64,000 nt of DNA from positions 2,080,001 through 2,144,000 of the forward strand of contig OZ252244.1 in assembly GCA_965249575.1 (NCBI GenBank). Reading direction: 5' to 3'. How positions within the stretch are numbered: position 1 is the first letter of the stretch; each line of letters begins with the position of its first letter. The notes beneath the pieces were generated by a model. It saw only the letters and a program-made list of their open reading frames with translations, was not told the DNA's origin and searched no databases. This stretch comes from Gemmatimonadales bacterium. Lineage in GTDB: Bacteria; Gemmatimonadota; Gemmatimonadetes; Gemmatimonadales; GWC2-71-9. Both the position numbers and the translations under genes were made by a program. This document shows positions 9,954-20,494 of the stretch, in pieces.

Positions 9954-11330
9954 ATGAGACAACATCGACAGATCGTGACGGCCCTCGTGCTATCGCTACT
10001 GGGGTCGACCCAGGCAGCAGAGGGTCAGGGGCAATACCCGCCCGGGGAGCACGCGAGCCGCAATATCAAGGTGCTGTCCCACCTCCCGCTGGTCGGTCCC
10101 CGGTTTAGTCACGCCGACATAGAGGTCGAGCAGGAGCTGTCCCGCCCGTACGCGTACGTCGCGCATCGCCACGGTGATGTCGGGTTCTACATCCTGAGCA
10201 TCAAGGAGCCCACGAACCCGGAGGTCCTCTACAAGTGGACCATTGAGAACCCCGAGTTGCATCAGGGGAGTGGTCTGGACAACAAGTACGTCAAAGTGGG
10301 CGGACGGTACTATGACGTGACTTCCTTTCAGTTCAGACAGGGCGGCCCGGACGCCGACCTCGGAGCGGTGGTCGTGGACGTGACGGGACTGCCCGATCCC
10401 TCGACGGTGAAGGAAGTCGCGCGGATCCGCGCACCGGAGATTCCCGGAGGGTTCCACAACATCTTCGCGTACAAACACTCGGACGGGCGGGCACTGCTGT
10501 TCGCTACGACCAACGGAGAGTTCACCTACATCTACGACGTGGCGCTGGTCGTGTCCGGAGGGCGGAACGGCGGACTGGTCAGCAAGATCGCGGTTCCGCA
10601 GCCGAGCGAAAGACGAGCCCGGCAGTGGCACGATTTTTACGTGGGGTATGACCCGGCGAGCAGGCAGGATCGATTCTACGGGGGCGGCTCCGGTGGGTAC
10701 TACGTGTTTGACGTTACGGACGTGACGGACTCGAAACTACTGGCTACAGTGACGGGCGCCGCGGGCGTCAAAGATGGCCACACCTTCACACCCACGCCCG
10801 ATGGCCGATACGCCCTGAGCATGTCTGAGCCGACGTACCAGTACGCGCCGATGAGGATTTTCGATCTCAAGCCCGCCCTCGATGGCGAGGTGAAGTCCGT
10901 GTCTCGACCGATCGGGGCCTGGATGGCCAAGTGGAATGGCGCGTCTCACAACCACGAGATTCGGTGGCCGTACGCATTCATCTCGGCGCAGGACGACGGT
11001 TTGCAGGTGCTGAACCTCATGGATCCAACCAACCCCTATACGGTCGCGTACTACAACACCAGGGAGGGGCCGGAGCTGTTCGGTGAAGATCTGGGCGGCA
11101 GAACCGGAACCGGTGGCGGCATCTACAACGGGGCCTGGGGAGTCGACATTCGCAATGCGGACGGGCTGATCGTCGTGGGCGATTTCAACAGCGGTCTCTG
11201 GGTTCTCAAGATGGATGGGTTCGACGGCTGGAACGGTCACAACTGGGGAATGCCCAATAACTCGAGTGCTCAGGACTGGGATAATGGTCCCGACGGTGCG
11301 CCACGCGCGCCGAAGGCCGCCCTGCGTTAG
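9954..11330 (+). CDS. Secreted LVIVD-repeat/choice-of-anchor-B-like beta-propeller
   Basis: Signal peptide, RBS GAGAGG, repeated blades (GFYILSI, GAVVVDVT, GYYVFDVT, GLQVLNL, GLWVLK). Confidence 0.7.
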   Translation: MRQHRQIVTALVLSLLGSTQAAEGQGQYPPGEHASRNIKVLSHLPLVGPRFSHADIEVEQELSRPYAYVAHRHGDVGFYILSIKEPTNPEVLYKWTIENPELHQGSGLDNKYVKVGGRYYDVTSFQFRQGGPDADLGAVVVDVTGLPDPSTVKEVARIRAPEIPGGFHNIFAYKHSDGRALLFATTNGEFTYIYDVALVVSGGRNGGLVSKIAVPQPSERRARQWHDFYVGYDPASRQDRFYGGGSGGYYVFDVTDVTDSKLLATVTGAAGVKDGHTFTPTPDGRYALSMSEPTYQYAPMRIFDLKPALDGEVKSVSRPIGAWMAKWNGASHNHEIRWPYAFISAQDDGLQVLNLMDPTNPYTVAYYNTREGPELFGEDLGGRTGTGGGIYNGAWGVDIRNADGLIVVGDFNSGLWVLKMDGFDGWNGHNWGMPNNSSAQDWDNGPDGAPRAPKAALR

Positions 11331-11728
11331 AGCGGCTCGTCTTCGTGAGCCTGTTCCTCGCCTTCCCTGACCGGGTCGCGAATCGCGAGGTCGATGGCCA
11401 GCCATATGGTCTTCGAATACGGGTAGCCGATAATAGGAAAGACCACGGCGAGGAACAGGCTGCCGTAGAGGATGATTCGCCACGGAGGAGCCGGCCACGT
11501 GATAAGCAGCGTGCCAAGTGAGGCGGCGGCGACCAATAGCTCGGCCGCGATGAAGTTGACCAGTATCGCTCCCAGGAAGTAGTCGTGCTCGCCCCGATCG
11601 GTGAGGATGCGGCACGAGGGGCAGGCATGCCGAATGCTGAACCAATTGCTGAACAACCTCCCAGCTCCACAGGAGGGGCAGCGCCGCATGAACGCACGCC
11701 GGAGGAAGAGGCCGGCTTCCCTACCCAC
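11327..11728 (-). CDS. DUF983 family membrane protein
   Basis: RCPSCGAGRLF and CPSC zinc-knuckle pair followed by two TM helices. Confidence 0.8.
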   Translation of the reverse strand: MGREAGLFLRRAFMRRCPSCGAGRLFSNWFSIRHACPSCRILTDRGEHDYFLGAILVNFIAAELLVAAASLGTLLITWPAPPWRIILYGSLFLAVVFPIIGYPYSKTIWLAIDLAIRDPVREGEEQAHEDEPL

Positions 11729-11757
11729 GGGCGGGCGACCCCGCTAAGAGGACTTCC

Positions 11758-12966
11758 TTGCTAGACACCGAGCGCGTCTCCAGCAAGCTCAACAAGTTCA
11801 GGCCCTCGCTCACGCTCGAGCTCAAAGCGCTCGCCGCCGAGCGGATGGCGCGTGGGTTGCCGGTGTACGACTTCGGCCTCGGAGAGACCAAGGGAGAGCT
11901 GGCGCCGCGAATCCGGGAAGCCGGCGCACGCGCGTATCGAGAAGGCGACACGATGTACGGAGACCCTGCCGGGCTGGCTGCGCTTCGGTGGGCTGCGCTT
12001 CGGTGGCTTCGGCTGGAAGGGAAGTACCAAGTACAGAACGTCGTCATCACCGCGGGAGCCAAACAGAGCCTGTTCAACGTGTTTTTGGCCGTCTGTAATC
12101 CGTCCGATTGCGTACTCTTCGATGCGGCCCCGTGGGTGAGCTACCAACCACTTGCTGTCGCGGCGTGCGGGTTTCCGGTAATGGTCCTCCCGGCGGCTGG
12201 CCACGCGAACCATCTGAAGGTCACGCCCGACGATCTCTTACGCAACCTGACGATGCGTCCACACGCCAAGCTGTTTCTGCTCAACAATCCGGTGAATCCC
12301 ACCGGTCAGCTCTATGATGCGGCGGAGCTCGAGGCGTTGCTCCAGGTGTGTGTCGAACGCCGGATCTATTTCGTGCTTGACCGGCTGTACTGGCGCCTCA
12401 TTTACGACGGTGTGGAATTTCCGGAGCCCCGGGTGGACAAGGAGACCAAGCCGTGGTTGATCCAGGTCGACGGCATGTCGAAGAATTTCCGCCGAGCCGG
12501 CGGCATCAGGATCGGATGGTCGGTTGCCCCGGACGACGTCTCGCACGCCATGGCCAATCTGCAAAGCCATTACACGGCCGGTCCCGCGACTCCGACGCAG
12601 CAGTCCGCGCTTGCCGCCGTCAACACGGAATACGATCCGGAGCTCAAGAACGATCTCGAGCGAAAGCGGGGACTCCTCACCGAAGCCAGTCGCAAGCTGC
12701 CTTCCGTCAAGGTGTGGCCAACACCGGCGACGTTCTATTCGTTTTGGGATGTTCGAGAATGCTTCGGCAAGACGACTCCCGGAGGAAACACACTTTCGAG
12801 CTCAGATGACGTGTCGACCTACCTGCTCTCCGACGCGGGGGTCGTGACGGCGTCCGGCACCGGGTTCATGCAGGACGGGTTCCTGCGGGTCTCGTTTGCC
12901 ACACCGGACGAACACATTTTGGAGGGCGTGCCGGCGGCCGCAAGGGCGCTCGCGGCGCTTCGGTGA
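11758..12966 (+). CDS. PLP-dependent class I/II (aspartate-type) aminotransferase
   Basis: GAKQSL, NNPVNPTG, D..Y, GMSK..GGIRIGW, FLRVSFA. Confidence 0.93.
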   Translation: MLDTERVSSKLNKFRPSLTLELKALAAERMARGLPVYDFGLGETKGELAPRIREAGARAYREGDTMYGDPAGLAALRWAALRWLRLEGKYQVQNVVITAGAKQSLFNVFLAVCNPSDCVLFDAAPWVSYQPLAVAACGFPVMVLPAAGHANHLKVTPDDLLRNLTMRPHAKLFLLNNPVNPTGQLYDAAELEALLQVCVERRIYFVLDRLYWRLIYDGVEFPEPRVDKETKPWLIQVDGMSKNFRRAGGIRIGWSVAPDDVSHAMANLQSHYTAGPATPTQQSALAAVNTEYDPELKNDLERKRGLLTEASRKLPSVKVWPTPATFYSFWDVRECFGKTTPGGNTLSSSDDVSTYLLSDAGVVTASGTGFMQDGFLRVSFATPDEHILEGVPAAARALAALR

Positions 12967-13084
12967 AGTGCGTTGCCAAGGGCTGGGCGCGGGCGTAACA
13001 TGGACCCCCTGACGGTACCGCTACTCAGTCGTTTCGGTGGCGGGCCACGACGTCGTACGTTGAGCACGTCGGCGGAGGCGTCCT

Positions 13085-14457
13085 ATGGTCTCGGTAGAGA
13101 CAATCCAATCCAACCTCGAGGCGACGTACAGGAAGCGCACGCCGCAGTCGCGAGTAGCGTTTGAGCGAGCGCTCGCCAGCCTGCCGGGAGGCGATACCCG
13201 GTCGAGCATGTTCGATACCCCCTATCCGATGTTCGTCTCGCACGGCGAGGGCGCTCGACTCTTCGATGTCGATGGAAACGAATATCTAGACCTCGTCAAC
13301 AACTACACCGCGCTCATTCACGGGCACGCGCACCCCCACATCGTGAGGGCCATCTCGGAACAGGCGGCGCGGGGCGCCTGCCACGGCGCACCGGTAGAGC
13401 TGCAGACCCGGTTTGCGGAGATGATCTCCGATCGCGTCCCCTCGATGGAGCAAATAAGATTCGGCAACTCCGGAACCGAAGCCGTGCTCGCGGCCATACG
13501 GGGAGCCCGGTCATTCACTGGTCGGGCGAGGATTCTGAAAATGGAGGGCGGCTATCACGGTCAGTACGACGCGGCGTTCGTCAGCATGGATCCAGGACCA
13601 CATCCCCCCGATTGGCCTGAGGGAGTCCCGGACGGCCCCGGTTTGTCCCCAGGCCTCACGAGCGAGGTACTCGTCGCGCCCTTCAACGACGTCGTCACAA
13701 CGACGAGTCTCATCGAGAATCACCGTCATGAACTCGCGGCCGTCATCGTCGAGCCGGTTTTGGGGGCGGGCGGCGTGATTCCGGCGGACTCCGAGTTTCC
13801 CGCCGCAATACGCGATGCAACCCGTTCGGCGGGGATCGTCTTGATCTTCGACGAGATCGTGACACTGCGTCTGGCCGTGGGAGGCGCGCAGGCGACCTAT
13901 GGCGTTATACCCGATCTCACCACGCTTGGGAAGATCATCGGCGGAGGATTGCCGATTGGCGCGTTCGGTGGTCGGGCGGACATCATGGCGCACTTCGATC
14001 CACGCAGGCCCGGCTATGCGGCCCACTCCGGCACCTTCAACGGGAACGCAGTCACGATGGCCGCCGGGATTGCATCGCTCGAGCTCCTAACCCCCGAGGT
14101 CATCGCTCGGATCAACGCACTGGGGGGACGGCTGCGCCGCGGAATGAGCGCGGCGCTCGCCGATGCGGGCGTCACCGCGACCGTGCAGGGCATTGGTTCG
14201 TTGGCCACCACGTGCACCTGGGCATCGACGAAGTGAGGGAGTACAGGGCGTCGGCGCGCGCACGCAGCTCCGGTGGGTGGCACTGGCTCCGTCTCGCGCT
14301 CGTGAATCGGGGCGTCTTCGTACCGCCTCGCGCGCTGTTCGCGCTCTCGACACCGATGACGGAGGCCGATGTCGATGAGACCTTGGGTGCGTTCCGCGAG
14401 GCGGTAGGTGAGGTCCGCCCGATACTTGCAGCGAACAACGTAGCCGCCGCGGTGTAG
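13085..14457 (+). CDS. Class III aminotransferase (GSA-aminomutase / beta-amino acid transaminase-like), frameshifted near 14205
   Basis: NSGTEA, GGYHG, FDEI, TLGKIIGGG, HSGTFNGN. The C-terminus continues in ORF 14212..14457. Confidence 0.88.
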
Positions 14458-14474
14458 CGGAGCTCCGTGTCCAG

Positions 14475-15374
14475 TTGAGCGCTCTTCGCAAGGTCGGCAT
14501 CATTGGCGCCGGCACGATGGGACGCCGCATAGCGTTTGGGTGCGTGATCCGGGACATCACGGCCCGCTTGTACGACATCGCACCGGGCGTTGGAGAAGCG
14601 GCGTTGACGGGGGTTCGTCGAATGATCGAGGCGCGGGTTACCGCCGGACAGCTCCCTGAGAGAACTCTCGACACCGCAATGCAATTGGTGACCACGAGTC
14701 CATCGATTGAGGCATGCGTCTCGGGCGCCGACCTCGCCATCGAAACCGTATCGGAAAGCGTTGAGCTCAAGCGCAAGGTCTTTGCGGAGATCGATCGGTA
14801 CGCTCCTCCGGCTCTGCTGATCGGCACGAACACATCCTCGATCCCAGGGTCGCTGCTCGCCGATGCAACTCAACGCCCCGCACAGGTTTTCAACTTCAAT
14901 TTCGGGCACGTCGATCACCCGAAGGTGGAGGTGATGGCTCATCCGGGGACCGCCAAGGCCACGATGCAAGCAGCGGTCGACTTCGTGCGTTCCATGGACC
15001 TGGTACCCATCGTCGTCCGGCGGGAGATTATGGGCTACGGCCTAAACCGGGTGTGGCGGGCGGTGAAGAAGGAAGTCCTACACCTCATCGATGGCGGATA
15101 CCTGGGCCACGAAGACATTGACCGAGGATGGATGTTGGACTGGCACGTGTCCGTTGGCCCTTGTGGGCTCATGGACAAGATCGGACTCGACGTGGTTCGC
15201 GATATCGAGAACATCTACTTCAAGGAGAGCGGTGATATCGCCGACAAGCCACCCAAGCTACTCGACGACATGATCGCCGCTGGGAAGCTCGGCGAGAAGG
15301 CGGGGGAGGGGTTCTATACGTATCCCAATCCGGCCTACGAACTGCCTGGCTGGCTTCGAGGTGGAACTCAGTAG
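14475..15374 (+). CDS. 3-hydroxyacyl-CoA dehydrogenase family protein (divergent active site)
   Basis: GAGTMG, E...E..ELKRKVF, TNTSS, GKLGEKAGEGFY. Confidence 0.88.
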   Translation: MSALRKVGIIGAGTMGRRIAFGCVIRDITARLYDIAPGVGEAALTGVRRMIEARVTAGQLPERTLDTAMQLVTTSPSIEACVSGADLAIETVSESVELKRKVFAEIDRYAPPALLIGTNTSSIPGSLLADATQRPAQVFNFNFGHVDHPKVEVMAHPGTAKATMQAAVDFVRSMDLVPIVVRREIMGYGLNRVWRAVKKEVLHLIDGGYLGHEDIDRGWMLDWHVSVGPCGLMDKIGLDVVRDIENIYFKESGDIADKPPKLLDDMIAAGKLGEKAGEGFYTYPNPAYELPGWLRGGTQ

Positions 15375-15441
15375 GTATGCCCCCAAGGGGCGTGCTCGCT
15401 CACGGGGTAGCAACTCGCACATCTTGGAGACGTAGCGTCCA

Positions 15442-16413
15442 ATGAGCCAGCAACTCGAACACCTTTGGGACTACGCCGACCCTTACGCTTATATGGATGC
15501 CGTTCGTAAGGGCATGCCTCCGGTCATCATCTGCGTCGCGTGCAACGGTGGCATACAGGGCAAGGAATCGAACGAAAACCTACCGGAAAGTGCCGCCGAG
15601 ATCGCCGAGTCGGTGCATGGTGCCTATGAGGCAGGCGCCTCCATGGTCCACGTTCACGCCCGTGATCCGAAGCATCCCACCCGGCCCGCCACCACGACGG
15701 ACGTCTGGTACGACGTGAATAAGAGAATTCGCGAGCGATGCCCGGAGATCATCATCAATGACACGACCGGGGGTGGTCCGGACATGACGATGGGCGAGCG
15801 GCTCTCTTGCCTCGACGCGATGCCCGAGGTGGCCTCCCTCAACCTGACTCCGGATATGAGCAAGTTCACGATCAAAGAGCGCAAGGCGCCGCTGCCGGAT
15901 CCTCGTCCGGCGATGGTGTACGACGAGTGCCTGCCGTTCTCCTACAAGATCGTGAGCCAGTTCGCTACCGAAATGAAGAAACGCGGCATCAAGCCGGAAC
16001 TCGAGACGTATCACACCGGCGGCGTGTGGGTGATCTTGGATTTGATCAGTCAGGGGTTGATCGATAAACCCTATTGGGTGCAAACAGTCATGGGTTACCA
16101 GACATCGAGCTACCCCACCGTGGACAACGTGAGCCACCTCTTGCGCGAGCTTCCAGCCGGATGTCTTTGGCTGACTTCAGGGATCGGTCCCTACCAACTC
16201 CCCATGACGACGCTCGCGATGGTTCTCGGCGGCCACGTGCGGGTTGGCCTAGAGGACAACGTATACTATCGCAGAGGAGAGAAAGCCAAGAGCAACGCAC
16301 AGCTCGTGGCGCGCGCAACGCGGATCGCGAATGAACTGAATCGGGACGTTGCGACACCGGCGCAGGCCCGCGAGATGCTGGGCCTATCCGAGAAGCCGTC
16401 ACAGTACTCCTAA
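15442..16413 (+). CDS. Beta-keto acid cleavage enzyme (BKACE / 3-keto-5-aminohexanoate cleavage family)
   Basis: AGASMVHVHARD, IINDTTGG, KPELE, GGHVRVGLEDN. Confidence 0.93.
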   Translation: MSQQLEHLWDYADPYAYMDAVRKGMPPVIICVACNGGIQGKESNENLPESAAEIAESVHGAYEAGASMVHVHARDPKHPTRPATTTDVWYDVNKRIRERCPEIIINDTTGGGPDMTMGERLSCLDAMPEVASLNLTPDMSKFTIKERKAPLPDPRPAMVYDECLPFSYKIVSQFATEMKKRGIKPELETYHTGGVWVILDLISQGLIDKPYWVQTVMGYQTSSYPTVDNVSHLLRELPAGCLWLTSGIGPYQLPMTTLAMVLGGHVRVGLEDNVYYRRGEKAKSNAQLVARATRIANELNRDVATPAQAREMLGLSEKPSQYS

Positions 16414-16501
16414 CCGACACGATGCTCCGGTCTTTCGCTCGGGACTCATCGTCACTCGTCCCGTGCGGTAGCGGCGCCGCAGGTCACAGCGAGGAGACGT
16501 C

Positions 16502-18390
16502 ATGACGAGGACAGGTACCGCAGGGGCGATCGGCGTGTTAGTGGTGGCGCTGGTTTGGCCGGCGGGCGATGCCATGGCACAGGCAGCCACCCAGCGGTTT
16601 CCGAGGCCGGCGCCGCGGTTCGAGGTAAAGCTGGACCGGAGCGTGTGGATTCCCATGCGGGACGGTGTGAGGCTGTCGACCGATTTCTACTGGCCTCAGG
16701 GAGTACCTGACACACTGCCGACCGTGCTCATACGCACGCCCTACAACAAGAACCGCTATCGCATCGACGGATCGGTTGCCCGTTGGTGGGCCAGTCAGGG
16801 ATACGTGGTTGCCACCCAGGACACCCGCGGAAGGTGGGAATCGGGGGGTGAGTATGTCATTCAGGGTCATGACGACGTGGACGGGTACGACACGGTCGAC
16901 TGGCTCTCGAAGCAACCGTGGTCCAACGGAAGGATCGGAACGTATGGGTGTTCATATGTCGGCGACGTGCAGATCATGCAGGCCACCCTCCGACACCCTA
17001 ATCTCACCGCGCTCATACCGCAGGCGGCCGGAAGTTCCATAGGGTCGGCGGGCGGTCGCTATCGCTACTTTGGCGTGCGAAATGGCGGGGCGGTCGAGTT
17101 GGCGGCTGGGCTTGGCTGGTTTCGGAACAACGGCAGCAAGGTCTACTACCGTCCTCCACCTGGCACATCTCAAGAGACCTGGGTGGCGGTGCAGGACTTC
17201 TTCAACCCGGGGCCAATCCCGCCGGACATCAACTATCGCGAGATGTGGCGTTCGCTCCCGCTCCTCGATATGGTTGAGAGATCCGGCGCGCCTCCTACCG
17301 ATTGGAATGACCTGACGACACGGGACCTCACTGACCCGTGGTGGGATCAGTTCGCCTATCTGACACCCTCGGATCGTTTCGATGTGCCCGCTTTGCACAT
17401 CAACTCTTGGTACGATTTCGGCGTAACCGAAACGCTGTTGGAGTTCAACATGTTTCGCTCAAACGCGGAGAGCGCCCGCGGGCGGGATAACCAGTTCGCG
17501 ATCATCTCGCCCACGGTGCATTGCCGGTCGGAGCGCAGCACCCGGAACACCGTGGTCGGAGAGCGCGACGTGGGAGACGCGCAGTTCGACCAATTCGGTA
17601 CCTATCTTCGCTGGCCCTCGACTTTTGGCTGAAGGGAATCCAGAACGGCGTGACGGAGATGTCCAAGCTCCAGATCTACGTGATGGGCAAGGAAGAATGG
17701 CGTGGCGAGAACGAATGGCCGCTCGCTCGAACTCGGTATGCGAAGTACTACCTCCACAGCAACGGACACGCGAACAGTTTGTTCGGCACGGGAGCGCTGA
17801 GCACGACCGCACCCGGGGACGAGCCCCCCGACCGGTACGTGTACGATCCCGAGACGCCCGTGCCCTCCCGCGGTGGACCTATCTGTTGTACGGGAACACC
17901 GGATGCCCCGGAGGGGGCGTTCGATCAATCCGACGTCGAAGCACGTAGCGACGTGCTGGTGTACACGACCCCTGTTCTCGAGAGAGGGATCGAGGTGACC
18001 GGACCGATCGAATTGGTGCTGTACGTGTCATCATCCGCCCGGGATACCGATTTCACCGGCAAGCTCGTGGATGTGTACCCCGACGGTCGGGCTTTCAACG
18101 TGCAGGAGGGGATCTTGCGAGCCCGCTATCGCGAAGGGCTCCACAACAAGGTCTGGATGAGCCCGGGTGAGATCTACGAGGTGAAGGTCGACATGCAGTC
18201 GACGAGCAACTATTTCCCGGCTGGACACCGGATCCGCCTGGAGGTGTCGAGCAGCAACTTCCCTCGGTTGGATCGGAACCTCAACACGGGTGGAAACAAT
18301 TACGACGAAACAGAATGGAGCATCGCCAATAACGTGGTCCATCATTCGGCGGAGCATCCCTCTCACATCGTCTTGCCAGTGGTTGAATAG
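16502..18390 (+). CDS. CocE/NonD family hydrolase 1, frameshifted near 17615
   Basis: MRDGVRL, RTPYN, GCSY nucleophile. ORFs 16502..17632 and 17521..18390 together align to the intact paralog downstream. Confidence 0.9.
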
Positions 18391-18455
18391 AGAGTAGGGA
18401 CGGAATGGGGTTGGGGCAGGGAGTTCGAGGGCTGCAAACCTGGAGAGTTGACGTG

Positions 18456-20318
18456 ATGAGCAACCGAATACTCGTGGGCGGAGTTCTCGTGGTGGCATCT
18501 CTGGTGGCCATTGCGAGCCATGCTGGTGCGCAGGGCGCCAGCTTTCCGGAGGGTAAGTACTCCGTGCGCGTCGATTCGAGCGTGGGGATACCGATGCGGG
18601 ACGGCGTGAGGCTCCGTACGGACATCTATTTCCCTGTTGGCGCCGGGGATGAGCTGCCGACAATCCTGATGCGCACCCCTTACAACAAGAACCGGTTTCG
18701 GCGGCGGGGGGCCGACCGGTCCTCCGACCCGTACCGGTTCGCTGGGCACGGGTACGCAGTAGCGGTCCAGGACGTCCGCGGAAGGTACGAATCGGAGGGC
18801 GAGTACATCGTACAGGAAAACGATACTGAGGATGGCTATGACGCGGTGAGCTGGATCGTCGAGCAAACCTGGTCGAACGGCAGCGTCGGGCGCTACGGCT
18901 GCTCGTATCTCGGTGAGACGCAGGTCGAAGAGGCCAGAATGACGCACCCGAACCTCATGGCGCTACTCCCCCAGGCGGCCGGGGGGGCGTACAGGTGGTT
19001 CGGCATTCTGAATGGCGGTGCGATCGAGCTGTCTACCGGGTTTGGTTGGTTCCGCAATCAGGGAACGAAGATCTTCTACCGACCTCCGCCTGGGACGCCC
19101 GACTCTTTCTACCGAGAGTCTGCTCCCTATTTCAATCCAGCCCCCAAGCTTCCCGAGATCAACTACCGTGAGATGTGGAACAGTCTACCCGTCATGAACA
19201 TGGTCGAGCGTGCTGGGACGCCTCCGACTGATTGGGAGGACTACGTCACCCACGAACGCAGCGACCCATGGTGGGATCGGTTCGACTATGTGAAGGACAC
19301 AGACCAGTTCGACGTGCCCGCGCTCCACGTCAACTCGTGGTTTGACGTCCTCGCCCGTGAGACTCTGGACCTGTTCAACCTGTTCCGTACCAACGCCAAG
19401 AGCGAACGTGGACGAGATCATCAGTACATCATCATGTCGCCCACGACCCACTGTCAGTCTCATCGCGCCACCGAACAGACAAAGGTGGGCCGGCTCGACG
19501 TCGGCGATGCCCGGTTCGACTACTACGGTCTTTACCTTCGCTGGTTCGATTATTGGCTCAAGGGAGTCGAAAACGGGGTCACCGACATTCCAAAGCTCCA
19601 GATCTATGTCATGGGCAGGGACGAGTGGCGAGGCGAAAGCGAGTGGCCACTCGCGCGTACCCAATGGACCAAGTACTACCTACACAGTGACGGCCGCGCC
19701 AATAGCCGGTTCGGCAGCGGCACGCTGAGCACCGACGCCCCCGGGAACGAGCCGCCGGACGAATACGTGTTCGACCCAGGCAACTCGGTCCCCTCAGTCG
19801 GTGGTCCCGTCTGCTGTACGGGCACGCCGGATGCGCCGGCTGGCTCATTCGATCAGGCGGAAGTCGAGACGCGGAATGATGTTCTGGTGTATACCACACC
19901 GGTCCTCGAACGCGGCGTCGAAGTGACGGGGCCCCTCGACGCGGTGCTCTACGTTTCCTCCGATGCCAGGGACACTGACTTCACGGCGAAGCTGGTCGAC
20001 GTCTACCCGGACGGCGCCGCATACAACATTCAGGAGGGAATAGCACGAGCCCGCTACCGAGAAGGCATCGACCGCAACGTTTGGATGGAGCCCGGCGGAG
20101 TGTACGAGGTGAAGGTCGACGTTCAGGCGACCAGCTACTACTTCCGGCCGGGACACAGAATACGGCTCGAAATATCGAGCAGTAACTTCCCGCGTTTCGA
20201 TCGGAACATGAACACCGGTGGAAATAACTACGACGAGACCGAGTGGAAGGTGGCTAACAACGTCATCCACCACTCTACCGAGCACCCATCGCACATCGTG
20301 TTGCCGGTGATTGAGTAG
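18456..20318 (+). CDS. CocE/NonD family hydrolase 2
   Basis: Signal peptide, MRDGVRL, GCSY, WFD, GHRIRLEISSSNFPRFDRN. Confidence 0.93.
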   Translation: MSNRILVGGVLVVASLVAIASHAGAQGASFPEGKYSVRVDSSVGIPMRDGVRLRTDIYFPVGAGDELPTILMRTPYNKNRFRRRGADRSSDPYRFAGHGYAVAVQDVRGRYESEGEYIVQENDTEDGYDAVSWIVEQTWSNGSVGRYGCSYLGETQVEEARMTHPNLMALLPQAAGGAYRWFGILNGGAIELSTGFGWFRNQGTKIFYRPPPGTPDSFYRESAPYFNPAPKLPEINYREMWNSLPVMNMVERAGTPPTDWEDYVTHERSDPWWDRFDYVKDTDQFDVPALHVNSWFDVLARETLDLFNLFRTNAKSERGRDHQYIIMSPTTHCQSHRATEQTKVGRLDVGDARFDYYGLYLRWFDYWLKGVENGVTDIPKLQIYVMGRDEWRGESEWPLARTQWTKYYLHSDGRANSRFGSGTLSTDAPGNEPPDEYVFDPGNSVPSVGGPVCCTGTPDAPAGSFDQAEVETRNDVLVYTTPVLERGVEVTGPLDAVLYVSSDARDTDFTAKLVDVYPDGAAYNIQEGIARARYREGIDRNVWMEPGGVYEVKVDVQATSYYFRPGHRIRLEISSSNFPRFDRNMNTGGNNYDETEWKVANNVIHHSTEHPSHIVLPVIE

Positions 20319-20494
20319 GGAGTAGGGAGTTGGGGGGAGGGCCAATGACTGGTGAATGGTGAGTCGCTAGTGATGCGTAACGGGTAGGGATGAGTTTGGC
20401 CGCTATGTCATTCGACTCACGTAAGTGGCCCGGCGGCGCAGTTTGCGTGCGGAAGGCCCCGTCGCGTCAGTCGCGTGCATTGGGGTACGGTGCT

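Noticed and set aside
13085..14457. hemL symbol
   Set aside because: PGGDTRS instead of PGGVNSP, and a catabolic context; specificity uncertain.
18388..20345. Similar G-rich tails (GAGTAGGGA..TTGGGG) after both CocE genes
   Set aside because: Short; most simply a by-product of the tandem duplication, and not an array or mobile element.
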